This document shows, in pieces, positions 18,298 through 26,368 of a DNA stretch of 64,000 nucleotides. How positions within the stretch are numbered: position 1 is the stretch's first letter; each line of letters starts with the position of its first letter. A program made the position numbers and the translations under genes. Under the pieces are notes generated by a model that did not search any database, was not told the origin of the DNA, and saw only the letters and a list, made by a program, of their open reading frames with translations. The stretch is from Pirellulaceae bacterium (GTDB taxonomy: Bacteria; Planctomycetota; Planctomycetia; Pirellulales; Pirellulaceae): contig JBPCKT010000135.1 of assembly GCA_051004015.1 (NCBI GenBank), forward strand, positions 6,598-70,597, in the 5' to 3' direction.

Positions 18298-19077
18298 ATG
18301 AGGAGCCGAATGGAATCGCTCATGAAGCCGCCCGTTGCCGTGGTGCTGGCCGCTGGCCAGGGAACGCGGATGAAGTCCGACTTGCCGAAAGTGCTTTGTC
18401 CGGTTCTCGGCCGGCCGATGATTGATTTCGTACTCGATGCGCTCGTCGCCGCAGGTGTCGAGCGCGTGATTGCTGTCGTCGGCTATCGGGCGGATGACGT
18501 GAAAGGGGCACTCGTCGATCGCAAGAATGTCGCCTACGCGCTGCAGACCGAGCGGCTGGGGACGGGTCATGCGGTGCAGATGGCTCGCGGCCATCTGGCC
18601 GAGCACGACGGGCCGGTCATCGTCGTCGCCGGGGATTCACCCATGCTGCAACGGCAGTCGGTGGCATCGCTGCTCGACCATTTCTATGGAGTGCGCCCGG
18701 CGTGTCTTCTCGGAACGCTGCTCAAAGACGACCCGGGGGGATTGGGGCGGATTGTGCGGGACGGGCGAGGCGAATTTCAAGGCATCGTCGAGGAAAAGGA
18801 TGCCACGCTGCCGCAACGGCAGATCAACGAAGTCAACATGAGCACCTACATCTTCGATTGCCGTGAGCTCCTGCACGCTCTCGACCTGTTGAAGGATGAC
18901 AATCGGCAGAGGGAGTTTTACCTGACCGATTGCCCCGGCATTTTGCGGGGGGAAGGAAAACTGGTGCAGGCCCTCCCTATCTTGCAGCCCTGCGAGGCAT
19001 TGAGCATCAACACGCCAGAGGAACTCGCTGCGGTGGAGCGGAAAATGACCGAACTGGGATATGAGCGGGCGATTTAG
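18298..19077 (+). CDS. GlmU N-terminal-like sugar-1-phosphate nucleotidyltransferase (uridyltransferase domain only)
   Basis: VVLAAGQGTRMKSDLPKVLCPVLGRPM and LQTERLGTGHAV match the GlmU pyrophosphorylase signature. At 259 aa there is no left-handed beta-helix acetyltransferase domain. The start may be an internal ATG at 18322. Confidence 0.8.
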   Translation: MRSRMESLMKPPVAVVLAAGQGTRMKSDLPKVLCPVLGRPMIDFVLDALVAAGVERVIAVVGYRADDVKGALVDRKNVAYALQTERLGTGHAVQMARGHLAEHDGPVIVVAGDSPMLQRQSVASLLDHFYGVRPACLLGTLLKDDPGGLGRIVRDGRGEFQGIVEEKDATLPQRQINEVNMSTYIFDCRELLHALDLLKDDNRQREFYLTDCPGILRGEGKLVQALPILQPCEALSINTPEELAAVERKMTELGYERAI

Positions 19078-19165
19078 CGTGACTATCCGCCTGTGCCGCT
19101 TGCCTCCAACGGCCCCTTCGCTCATTATCAGGGAGGACTATCCATCCTGATTCCTGGTTCCTCCC

Positions 19166-20122
19166 ATGCGTGAGCTCAAAATTTTCTCCGGCCAGGCTAA
19201 CCGCAAACTGGCGAAGGATATTTGCGCCCACCTGCATCTGCCGCTGGGGGAGATCACTCTGGGCAAGTTCCAGGACGGCGAGAACTACTGCAAGATTGAA
19301 GAGGATATCCGCGGCCGCGACATTTTCCTGATCCAGCCCACCTGCCCGCCGGTCAACGATAATCTGATGGAGCTGCTGATCATGATTGACAGCTGCAAAC
19401 GGGCCAGCGCCGAGCGGATCACCATCGTCATCCCCTACTTCGGCTATGCCCGGCAAGACCGCAAGGATGAAGGGCGGGTCCCCATCACCGCCAAGCTGGT
19501 GGCCAATCTGATTACCCGCGCCGGGGCGGACCGGGTGCTGACGATGGACCTCCATTCGCCGCAGATTCAAGGGTTCTTCGACGTACCGGTGGATAATATG
19601 TTCGCCGCTCCCGTGCTCAACGACTTTGTCGTCAGCCTTTCCACCGCGGAAAACGAGCGGGTCGTGGTCAGCCCCGACGTCGGCAGCATCAAGCGGGCCC
19701 TCTGGCACGCCAAGCGGCTCGGCGGGCAATTGGCGATTGTGGACAAGCGGCGGGACAGCCCTACGGAGACGCGCCAAGAGAACATCATCGGCGGACCGAT
19801 CGCCGGCAAGGTGGCTCTGATGTTCGACGACATGATCTCCACGGGTGGCTCGATCTGCGGGGCGGCCATGAAGGTGCATGCGGAAGGGGCCAAGGAGATT
19901 TACGTTGCCGCCACGCACGGTGTGCTCTGTGGGGACGCGGTCAAGAAGCTTAGCGAAGCCCCCATCACAGCGGTTGTCATCACAGACACGATTCCGTTGC
20001 CGCCTGAAAAGCAGTTCCCCAAGATCAAGGTCCGCACCGTCGCCCCCATGCTGGCCGAGGCCATCAAGCGAATTCACCACGACCAGTCCATCAGCATGAT
20101 GTTCGAAAAGACGGAGGAATAG
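19166..20122 (+). CDS. prs: Ribose-phosphate pyrophosphokinase
   Basis: MRELKIFSG..., ITIVIPYFGYARQDRK and DDMISTGGS are canonical Prs motifs. 318 aa. Confidence 0.95.
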   Translation: MRELKIFSGQANRKLAKDICAHLHLPLGEITLGKFQDGENYCKIEEDIRGRDIFLIQPTCPPVNDNLMELLIMIDSCKRASAERITIVIPYFGYARQDRKDEGRVPITAKLVANLITRAGADRVLTMDLHSPQIQGFFDVPVDNMFAAPVLNDFVVSLSTAENERVVVSPDVGSIKRALWHAKRLGGQLAIVDKRRDSPTETRQENIIGGPIAGKVALMFDDMISTGGSICGAAMKVHAEGAKEIYVAATHGVLCGDAVKKLSEAPITAVVITDTIPLPPEKQFPKIKVRTVAPMLAEAIKRIHHDQSISMMFEKTEE

Positions 20123-20124
20123 CC

Positions 20125-20538
20125 GTGCCGGCAGAGCGGAGCAGCGGCTATTTCGCCTACGCGGTGTATGGCGTATTGTACTTGTCGCTGCTGGCGGCGG
20201 TCGTGGGAGGGAGCTTTTTTGCCCGCTCCTGGGCGATTTCCGTTTACGGCAGCCCCGAGGCGCAGGCGCAATGGAACGAGTGGCGGGCGGGAGCGGCGGA
20301 GCTCTCCAACTCAAGCCCCGTCAAACGCCGCGTCCCCCAAAGCGACCAGCCCCCGGCGCTCGTTCTGGCCACGACCTACTTCGGCATCTGCCTCAGCATT
20401 GCGCTCGTACTGTCATCGGTCCTCTTCGCCACAGCGGTTTACTTCGTTCAAGGCGTGCTGCGTTCGCCCGGCGGCGCGCGGAACGATGATGAGCCGCGGA
20501 GAGCAAAGGGCACCTCGGAGAAACGAGGGGCAGAATGA
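20125..20538 (+). CDS. Hypothetical small membrane protein with two TM helices
   Basis: GTG at 20125 lies 6 nt after GGAGG (20114-20118) and 2 nt after the prs stop. Two hydrophobic helices. The C-terminus and stop lie inside a repeat hairpin. Confidence 0.55.
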   Translation: MPAERSSGYFAYAVYGVLYLSLLAAVVGGSFFARSWAISVYGSPEAQAQWNEWRAGAAELSNSSPVKRRVPQSDQPPALVLATTYFGICLSIALVLSSVLFATAVYFVQGVLRSPGGARNDDEPRRAKGTSEKRGAE

Positions 20539-20626
20539 CGCCGGAAATTTCCTAATCGTACTCGTAATCCTACGCCTAATCTTCTGCCCCCTCTTCCTCT
20601 CCGTGCCTCTGTGTCTCTGTGGTTAA
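20525..20626. repeat. Composite intergenic repeat: a 9-bp hairpin spanning a stop codon, three TAATC motifs, and a CTCTGTG-type arm ending in GGTTAA
   Basis: GGGGCAGAA (20527-20535) pairs with TTCTGCCCC (20582-20590). GTGCCTCTGTGTCTCTGTGGTTAA (20603-20626) matches 49980-50003 at 23 of 24 positions. Confidence 0.8.
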
Positions 20627-22082
20627 CCCCCCTCCCCACCCCGCGTTCCGCGAGGCCTTCTGGGTCTGGTGCCGCGTCGCGGCGCTCAGCTTCGGCGGCC
20701 CGACGGCGCAGATCGCAGTGATGCACCGGGTGCTGGTGGAGGAAAAGAAATGGATCAGCGAGCACCGATTTCTGCACGCTCTCAACTACTGCATGCTGCT
20801 GCCGGGACCGGAAGCCCAGCAGCTTGCCGTCTACATTGGCTGGTTGCTTCATGGCACTCGCGGCGGACTTGTCGCCGGCACGCTTTTCATCCTGCCGGGC
20901 TTCGTGGCGATCATGGTGCTGAGCATCTTGTATGTGCTGGCTCAGTCGCAGGAAGCGGCGGCCCTATCGCACATCGTGAATGCCGTCTTCTATGGCCTCA
21001 AGCCGGCGGTGGCGGCTATCGTGGCGGAGGCGGTCATACGGATCGGCAAGAAGGTTCTCAAGAACCGCGTGATGGTCGCCATCGCCGCATTGGCCTTTGT
21101 TGGCATCTTCGTCTTCGAATTGCCGTTTCCCGCCATTATCCTGGCGGCGGGAGTGACGGGCTTCCTGGGTGGAAAACTTTGGCCGGGGACTTTTCAAGTC
21201 GTCAAGCCGCACGGGGAAGGACCCGACGATGAACGCCGAGCCGTCGATTCCGCTGCCGCCAAAGCCAGGCCGACGCTGGCTCGAGGCCTGCTCGTCTCCG
21301 TCATCTGGCTGACGCTGTGGTTCGCCCCGCTAGCACTGCTCGCGCTCTTGCTCGGCCCCGACAGCATCTATGTGAAGGAAGGAGTTTTCTTCAGCCAGGC
21401 GGCCGTGCTGACCTTTGGCGGGGCGTACTCCGTTCTGGCCTACATTGGCCAGGAAGCAGTGCATCGCTTCGGCTGGCTCAAGCCGGCGGAAATGATGGAC
21501 GGATTGGGCATGGCGGAAACCACGCCCGGCCCGCTGATCATGGTCGTGCAGTTCGTCGGCTTCATGGGGGCTTATCGCAATCCGGGCGACCTGCCGCCAC
21601 TGCTGGCGGGCGTGCTCGGCGCGATCATCACCGTCTGGGTCACGTTCGTTCCCTGCTTCTTCTGGATCTTCCTCGGCGCACCATACATCGAACGCCTCCG
21701 CGGCAACTTGAACCTGAGTGCCGCATTGTCCGCGATTACTGCCGCGGTTGTGGGTGTCGTGTTGAACCTGGCGATCTGGTTCGGGATTCACGTGCTGTTT
21801 GAAACCATCACGGAAGTTCGGCTGGGACTAACACCGGCTAAGGCGACGGAACGTGAAGCTCGCACATTACCGCGGGACATCGACTCGGCGGCGCCACTGA
21901 CGCAGCGCATCTGGAAGCCGCACCTGCGATGGTTTCGCCCCGAATGGCATTCGTTGCGTTGGGGTAGCGTGATTCTCCTGGTATTCGCTCTGGTCCTCAT
22001 CTTCCCGCTCAAGCAAAAGATGCTTGTGACGCTGGCGAGCTGCGTTGCGGTGGGAATTTTGCTCTATGCAGCAGGGCTTTGA
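20619..22082 (+). CDS. chrA: Chromate ion transporter (CHR family)
   Basis: FWVWCRVAALSFGGPTAQIAVMHRVLVEEKKWISE..LNYCMLLPGPEAQQLA plus a second CHR half. The only in-frame start before the FGGP motif is GTG at 20619. Confidence 0.9.
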   Translation: MVNPPPHPAFREAFWVWCRVAALSFGGPTAQIAVMHRVLVEEKKWISEHRFLHALNYCMLLPGPEAQQLAVYIGWLLHGTRGGLVAGTLFILPGFVAIMVLSILYVLAQSQEAAALSHIVNAVFYGLKPAVAAIVAEAVIRIGKKVLKNRVMVAIAALAFVGIFVFELPFPAIILAAGVTGFLGGKLWPGTFQVVKPHGEGPDDERRAVDSAAAKARPTLARGLLVSVIWLTLWFAPLALLALLLGPDSIYVKEGVFFSQAAVLTFGGAYSVLAYIGQEAVHRFGWLKPAEMMDGLGMAETTPGPLIMVVQFVGFMGAYRNPGDLPPLLAGVLGAIITVWVTFVPCFFWIFLGAPYIERLRGNLNLSAALSAITAAVVGVVLNLAIWFGIHVLFETITEVRLGLTPAKATEREARTLPRDIDSAAPLTQRIWKPHLRWFRPEWHSLRWGSVILLVFALVLIFPLKQKMLVTLASCVAVGILLYAAGL

Positions 22083-22110
22083 ACCCGGATGACTCCAGCC
22101 TCGAAACTCC

Positions 22111-22977
22111 CTAGCCCCGAATCTCGCCTCCCACCACCACCCGGTGAAAGTGCAACTGCACCTCGCGGCTGACGGCGCGGCGGACCCCCTCGACGAGGCA
22201 GCGAGGCTCGTTGTCTTCCTGGCCCATGCGGACGATTTCGTCGATCTTCATTCCCGGCGGAACAGTGAAGGTGGACTGGTGGATGATCTGATTTCCGGCG
22301 TCGAGCTCCGGCACAATAAAGTGGCAGGTGGCTCCGTAGGTGAGCATCCGCCCGGCGTAGGCATCGTGATACGGACGCAGACCGGGGAAGCTCGGCAGCA
22401 GGCCGTGATGCAGGTTGATGATCCGCCCGCCGGCGTACTTCCAGCACGTGGCCGCGGGAAGCACCCGCATGTAACGGGCGAGGACGATGTAGTCCACCTC
22501 GTACCGGTCGAGGGTGGCGATGAAATGCTCTTCGTCGGCTCGGCCCTCATCATCTCCCACCATTTCCCAGGGAACGCCGAACTGCTCCGCGATCCCGCGG
22601 CAGGCGGACCGGTTGCCGATGAGGACGGCGGCTTCCGCGTTGATGTGGCCGTCGCGAATCGCGCGCAGCAGCGCCAGCGGGGGCTCGGGGCGATAAGTCA
22701 CGCAGATTGCCAGCCGGGGCTTCTCGGCCCGCTCTTCCGGTGACCAGACTCGAATCGAGAGGTTTGTCTCGCCGCCGATCTCTGCCATTGCCGCCCGCAC
22801 CTCGGCCAACTTCTCCGCCGGCAGTTTTACTCGCAGCAGCATGGCGAAGAGGGCCTCCTCGTCATGGTCATACATCTGGATTTCGGCGATATTCGCCCCC
22901 TGCCCGGTCACGTAATGGATGATCGGGTCCGCCAGGCGAACATGGTCAGGGCCGACGGCAGTGATGATGAGCTGCAT
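22111..22977 (-). CDS. purU: Formyltetrahydrofolate deformylase
   Basis: ACT-like N-terminus plus a formyltransferase core: IINLHHGLLPSFPGLRPYHDAY, ATCHFIVPELDAGNQI. 288 aa. Confidence 0.93.
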   Translation of the reverse strand: MQLIITAVGPDHVRLADPIIHYVTGQGANIAEIQMYDHDEEALFAMLLRVKLPAEKLAEVRAAMAEIGGETNLSIRVWSPEERAEKPRLAICVTYRPEPPLALLRAIRDGHINAEAAVLIGNRSACRGIAEQFGVPWEMVGDDEGRADEEHFIATLDRYEVDYIVLARYMRVLPAATCWKYAGGRIINLHHGLLPSFPGLRPYHDAYAGRMLTYGATCHFIVPELDAGNQIIHQSTFTVPPGMKIDEIVRMGQEDNEPRCLVEGVRRAVSREVQLHFHRVVVGGEIRG

Positions 22978-22981
22978 CAGA

Positions 22982-23063
22982 AAATCCTAATGACTAAATC
23001 CTAATGTCTAATGTCTAAAGTGTAGGTCCAGTTTCTTCCTTTGGTCATTAGACATTAGGATTT
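22982..23063 (-). promoter_or_regulatory. 18-bp perfect inverted repeat plus an 11-nt third copy overlapping the purU Shine-Dalgarno
   Basis: AAATCCTAATGTCTAATG (22996-23013) pairs with CATTAGACATTAGGATTT (23046-23063). AAATCCTAATG recurs at 22982-22992, covering the AGGA located 7 nt before the purU ATG. Confidence 0.5.
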
Positions 23064-23074
23064 GGACATTCGAT

Positions 23075-23836
23075 TCATCGGAGGAATCGTCCCCCATTCA
23101 CATCAATCACCGCTCCATTCACGAACTTCCCCGCGTCGCTCACCAAAAACAGCACGGCGGCGGCGACTTCTTCCGCAGTGCCGTTGCGGCCAAGGGGCGT
23201 TTCCTTGCGGTACTGTGCCATCCGCTCAGGCGTGGTGAATTGCTCGTGATGTCGCGTCTCAATGACGCCTGGCATGATGGCGTTTGTGCGGATCTCCGGG
23301 GCCAGTTCGCGGGCCAGCGTCCGGGTGAAAACTTGCAGCCCCCCTTTCGCCGCCGCGTAGGCCCCAGCTCCGTTGGCCCCGCCGGTTTGCACCGACAGCG
23401 ACAGATTGTTGATAATCGCCCCGTTGCCGCTGGCCCGCAGGTGGGGAATTGCCCGCTGCGTGACAACAAATGCCGAGGTCAGGTTCACGCTCAGGGCCTG
23501 CTGCCAGACTTCCAGCGAGCAGTCTTCAATCCGGGCTCGCTCCACGACCGAACCCGCGTTGTTCACCAAAATGTCAAGCCGCCCGGCAGCGGCAACTGCG
23601 TCGTCCACCAACTTTCGCGCCTGGTTCGGTTCCGCGAGGTCCGCGGCGAAGACCCAGCCGGTCCCGCCGCGGGCTTTGATGCCCTGCAAGGCCTCCTTCG
23701 CCTCGGCTTGGCTGCGGTGGCAGTGCAGGATGACTCTGGCTCCGGCCGCGGCGAGCGATTCGGCCGTCGCCCGGCCAATGCCCACGCCAGCGCCCGTGAC
23801 GACGGCAACGCGGCCAGTCAGGTCAAAGAGGTTCAT
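23075..23836 (-). CDS. SDR-family oxidoreductase, FabG-like
   Basis: ATG at 23836 (MNLFDLTGRVAVVTGAGVGIGRA). YAAAKGG (YxxxK). GGAG lies 7 nt upstream. The ORF-track start at 23872 adds 12 unlikely residues. Confidence 0.9.
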   Translation of the reverse strand: MNLFDLTGRVAVVTGAGVGIGRATAESLAAAGARVILHCHRSQAEAKEALQGIKARGGTGWVFAADLAEPNQARKLVDDAVAAAGRLDILVNNAGSVVERARIEDCSLEVWQQALSVNLTSAFVVTQRAIPHLRASGNGAIINNLSLSVQTGGANGAGAYAAAKGGLQVFTRTLARELAPEIRTNAIMPGVIETRHHEQFTTPERMAQYRKETPLGRNGTAEEVAAAVLFLVSDAGKFVNGAVIDVNGGRFLR

Positions 23837-24047
23837 GGTTCTGCTCCAATGCGGATAATCGCGCCGGTCCAATTTCAGGTCCGAATACCCCCCCGACTGT
23901 TGCGAAACTGTCTGATTTCCGCAACACCCCCCCGGCCTCCCCTAAGCTGTTAATGGGACCGGAACCGTTTGCACCAATTCGGCCTAGGTTGCATTTCCCC
24001 ATTTCGTCACCCACCATGAGACTCACGCCAACGCTTGATACTGTTAA

Positions 24048-24059
24048 ATAGTATACTAT
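24048..24059. promoter_or_regulatory. 12-bp perfect palindrome ATAGTATACTAT in the lgt/SDR intergenic region
   Basis: Read directly. An A/T-only palindrome in a GC-rich genome, about 210 nt upstream of the SDR start. Confidence 0.25.
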
Positions 24060-24133
24060 ACAGGTTGTCACAGTCAATGGCCTGCCAGCCAGATTTACCG
24101 AAATATTTCTGCCCCCGCGGGGCCCGAATCGCT

Positions 24134-25465
24134 TCAGGATTCCGCCACGTCCGAGCGCGGAAGCGAGCTTCCCCGCGGCTGCCGCTCGATGTAGTACCAA
24201 AAGCCTCCGGCGGCGATGAGGAACCCCAGACTGATCCACTGCGAAATCGTGAGCCGCGTGCCGAACTGTCCGGACTCGTCGCTGCGGATCATTTCGAGCA
24301 GGAACCGGCAGAGCGGATGGACGGTGATGAGCAGGGCAAATATTTCTCCGTCTCGCCGACGGAATGGATACGCAAGCCACAGGACCAGCGCCAAAAGCCC
24401 CGCGTCGAGCGCCGCATAGAGCTGCGTGGGGTGGATGGGAAGGCTGCGGCCCGGCCAGTCAGTACGAATGATGCGGTGGAATTTGCCTTCCGTCGTCGTC
24501 AATTCAACCGAGCCGTTCGAAAGGCCGAGTCCGATCTGGGCGTCTTGAAGCGATGCGATCTTCTTTCCATTGACGTACTCAATTTCTTCCCCCTCTTGAA
24601 CGCCGGCCTTCTCCGCGGCACCTCCTGGAAGAACCTGTTGGACGACGACGGCAGGAGGAAGCCATTTTTCCTGCGTCGATTTCAGCTTCATTCCATAGAG
24701 CAGCCCCAACTCATGTTGCCGCTGGTACGGTGGGCTATCCTTCAAATACCAGGCGGCTCGCGGCGGAAAGGTCATCGCCACGGGCCAGTCGCATTCTCCG
24801 CCATAACAGCAGCCGTTGAGAAAGCAGCCGATGCGTCCCAGCGCAGCTCCCACAACCATGCTGGGGGCGATGATGTCCAGCAGGGCCAGCACCGGCAGGC
24901 CGCGGCGGATGAGATAGTAAATGCCAAAGGGGACTCCGGCCAGCACCGAGCCGTAAACGACAAGGCCACCTTTAGTCACATCGACGAGTGACATGAGAAT
25001 GTCCCGCCAACTAGCGTTAGGCCGAAAGAATTCCTCATGGTACTGGGCGATGAAGAACACACGGGCACCAATAATGCCGGGGAAGATCATCCACATCGCC
25101 AGCGAAGTCATGACCTCGGGGTCAATTCCCATTTGCCACGCCCGGTACATCCCCAGCCCCACGCCGGCCACCATCGCCACCATCATCATCACGCCAAAGC
25201 CGCGGATGGGGATGCCGATGGGTATGCCCGGCTGACCGGGCACCGGCGCCCGCTCCATCATGTTCGGGAGGAAGAACATGATGACCAGGGCGACGATCCC
25301 CAGAAAAGGCAGATAGCTGGCCGTCTCGAGGTTCCACCCCTGCTTGCGAATCAACCACCCGATGATGCCGGCGCTCACAATCAGCCAGGCGATGAGCAGC
25401 CAGCCCAGGCCCACCACGGGCAAGCCATTCCACTCATACGGGATATAGAACAGGGTCGATCGCAC
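24134..25465 (-). CDS. lgt: Prolipoprotein diacylglyceryl transferase with a roughly 120-aa periplasmic insert containing a PDZ-like segment
   Basis: GRIGCFLNGCCYG and HPTQLYAAL are Lgt signatures. At 443 aa it is much longer than a typical Lgt. The insert contains VVQQVLPGGAAEKAGVQEGEEIEYVNGKKI. Confidence 0.9.
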   Translation of the reverse strand: MRSTLFYIPYEWNGLPVVGLGWLLIAWLIVSAGIIGWLIRKQGWNLETASYLPFLGIVALVIMFFLPNMMERAPVPGQPGIPIGIPIRGFGVMMMVAMVAGVGLGMYRAWQMGIDPEVMTSLAMWMIFPGIIGARVFFIAQYHEEFFRPNASWRDILMSLVDVTKGGLVVYGSVLAGVPFGIYYLIRRGLPVLALLDIIAPSMVVGAALGRIGCFLNGCCYGGECDWPVAMTFPPRAAWYLKDSPPYQRQHELGLLYGMKLKSTQEKWLPPAVVVQQVLPGGAAEKAGVQEGEEIEYVNGKKIASLQDAQIGLGLSNGSVELTTTEGKFHRIIRTDWPGRSLPIHPTQLYAALDAGLLALVLWLAYPFRRRDGEIFALLITVHPLCRFLLEMIRSDESGQFGTRLTISQWISLGFLIAAGGFWYYIERQPRGSSLPRSDVAES

Positions 25466-25468
25466 GGT

Positions 25469-26359
25469 TCATCCTTGAGCCTGGCCACTTGGCAATGACC
25501 CACCTGGAGCATTCAGCAGGCAATTATCAATCAGCCGCGTCTTGCCGACAAGAGCAGCAATCAGGGCGACCGCCGGTCCCTCAAGCTGCGTCAATTCCAC
25601 CAGCGTATTTGGATCGACCAGCGTGGCATAATCGATCCGCTCGATGCCGGCGCCTTCCAGAGTCCGCTGCATATCGTCTGCAAGGGTTGCCGCGTCCCGC
25701 TCGCCGCGACTTACAGCTTCTTGGACGTTTGTCAGCGCCCGCGACAGCGCCAACGCCTGTTGCCGCTCACCCGGCGAGAGATACCGGTTGCGGCTGCTCA
25801 TCGCGAGACCATCCGGCTCGCGGACGATGGGGCACACGACGACTTGGACTGGTACGTTCAGGTCCGCCACCATTCGCTGGATCACCAGGAATTGTTGAAA
25901 GTCCTTCTGGCCAAAATAGGCTCGGTCCGCGGGAATGATATTGAACAGCTTGAGCACCACCGTGGCCACGCCCCGGAAATGCCCGGGCCGGCAGACACCT
26001 TCCAGCGGCTGCGCCACCTGCGGTGGCTCAATGAGGGTGGATGCGTCGGGCGGATACATGTCCTCGCGGCTAGGGACGAATACCAGGTCGCAATTCGCGC
26101 TCGCGAGGGATTGTACGTCAGCTTCCAGTGTCCGCGGATACTTCGAAAAGTCTTCGTGCGGGGCAAACTGCGTGGGATTCACAAAAATCGTCGTCACCGC
26201 CGCTTCGCACTCGCTCTTGGCCCGCCGCACCAGGCTCAAATGCCCCTCATGCAGCGCCCCCATCGTGGGCACCAGGCCCACCGACTTACCCGCGCGCTGC
26301 AACTCGCGCACAGCGGCCCGCATTTCCGGAATCGTCGAAATCAGGCGAGGAGAGGCCAC
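25469..26359 (-). CDS. panC: Pantoate--beta-alanine ligase
   Basis: VGLVPTMGALHEGHLSLV and IFVNPTQF. 296 aa. Stop lies 3 nt from the lgt start. Confidence 0.95.
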   Translation of the reverse strand: MASPRLISTIPEMRAAVRELQRAGKSVGLVPTMGALHEGHLSLVRRAKSECEAAVTTIFVNPTQFAPHEDFSKYPRTLEADVQSLASANCDLVFVPSREDMYPPDASTLIEPPQVAQPLEGVCRPGHFRGVATVVLKLFNIIPADRAYFGQKDFQQFLVIQRMVADLNVPVQVVVCPIVREPDGLAMSSRNRYLSPGERQQALALSRALTNVQEAVSRGERDAATLADDMQRTLEGAGIERIDYATLVDPNTLVELTQLEGPAVALIAALVGKTRLIDNCLLNAPGGSLPSGQAQG

Positions 26360-26368
26360 AACTTTCTT

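Noticed and set aside
24035-24991. 318-aa plus-strand ORF
   Set aside because: Antisense to lgt, which has canonical signatures. No motifs of its own.
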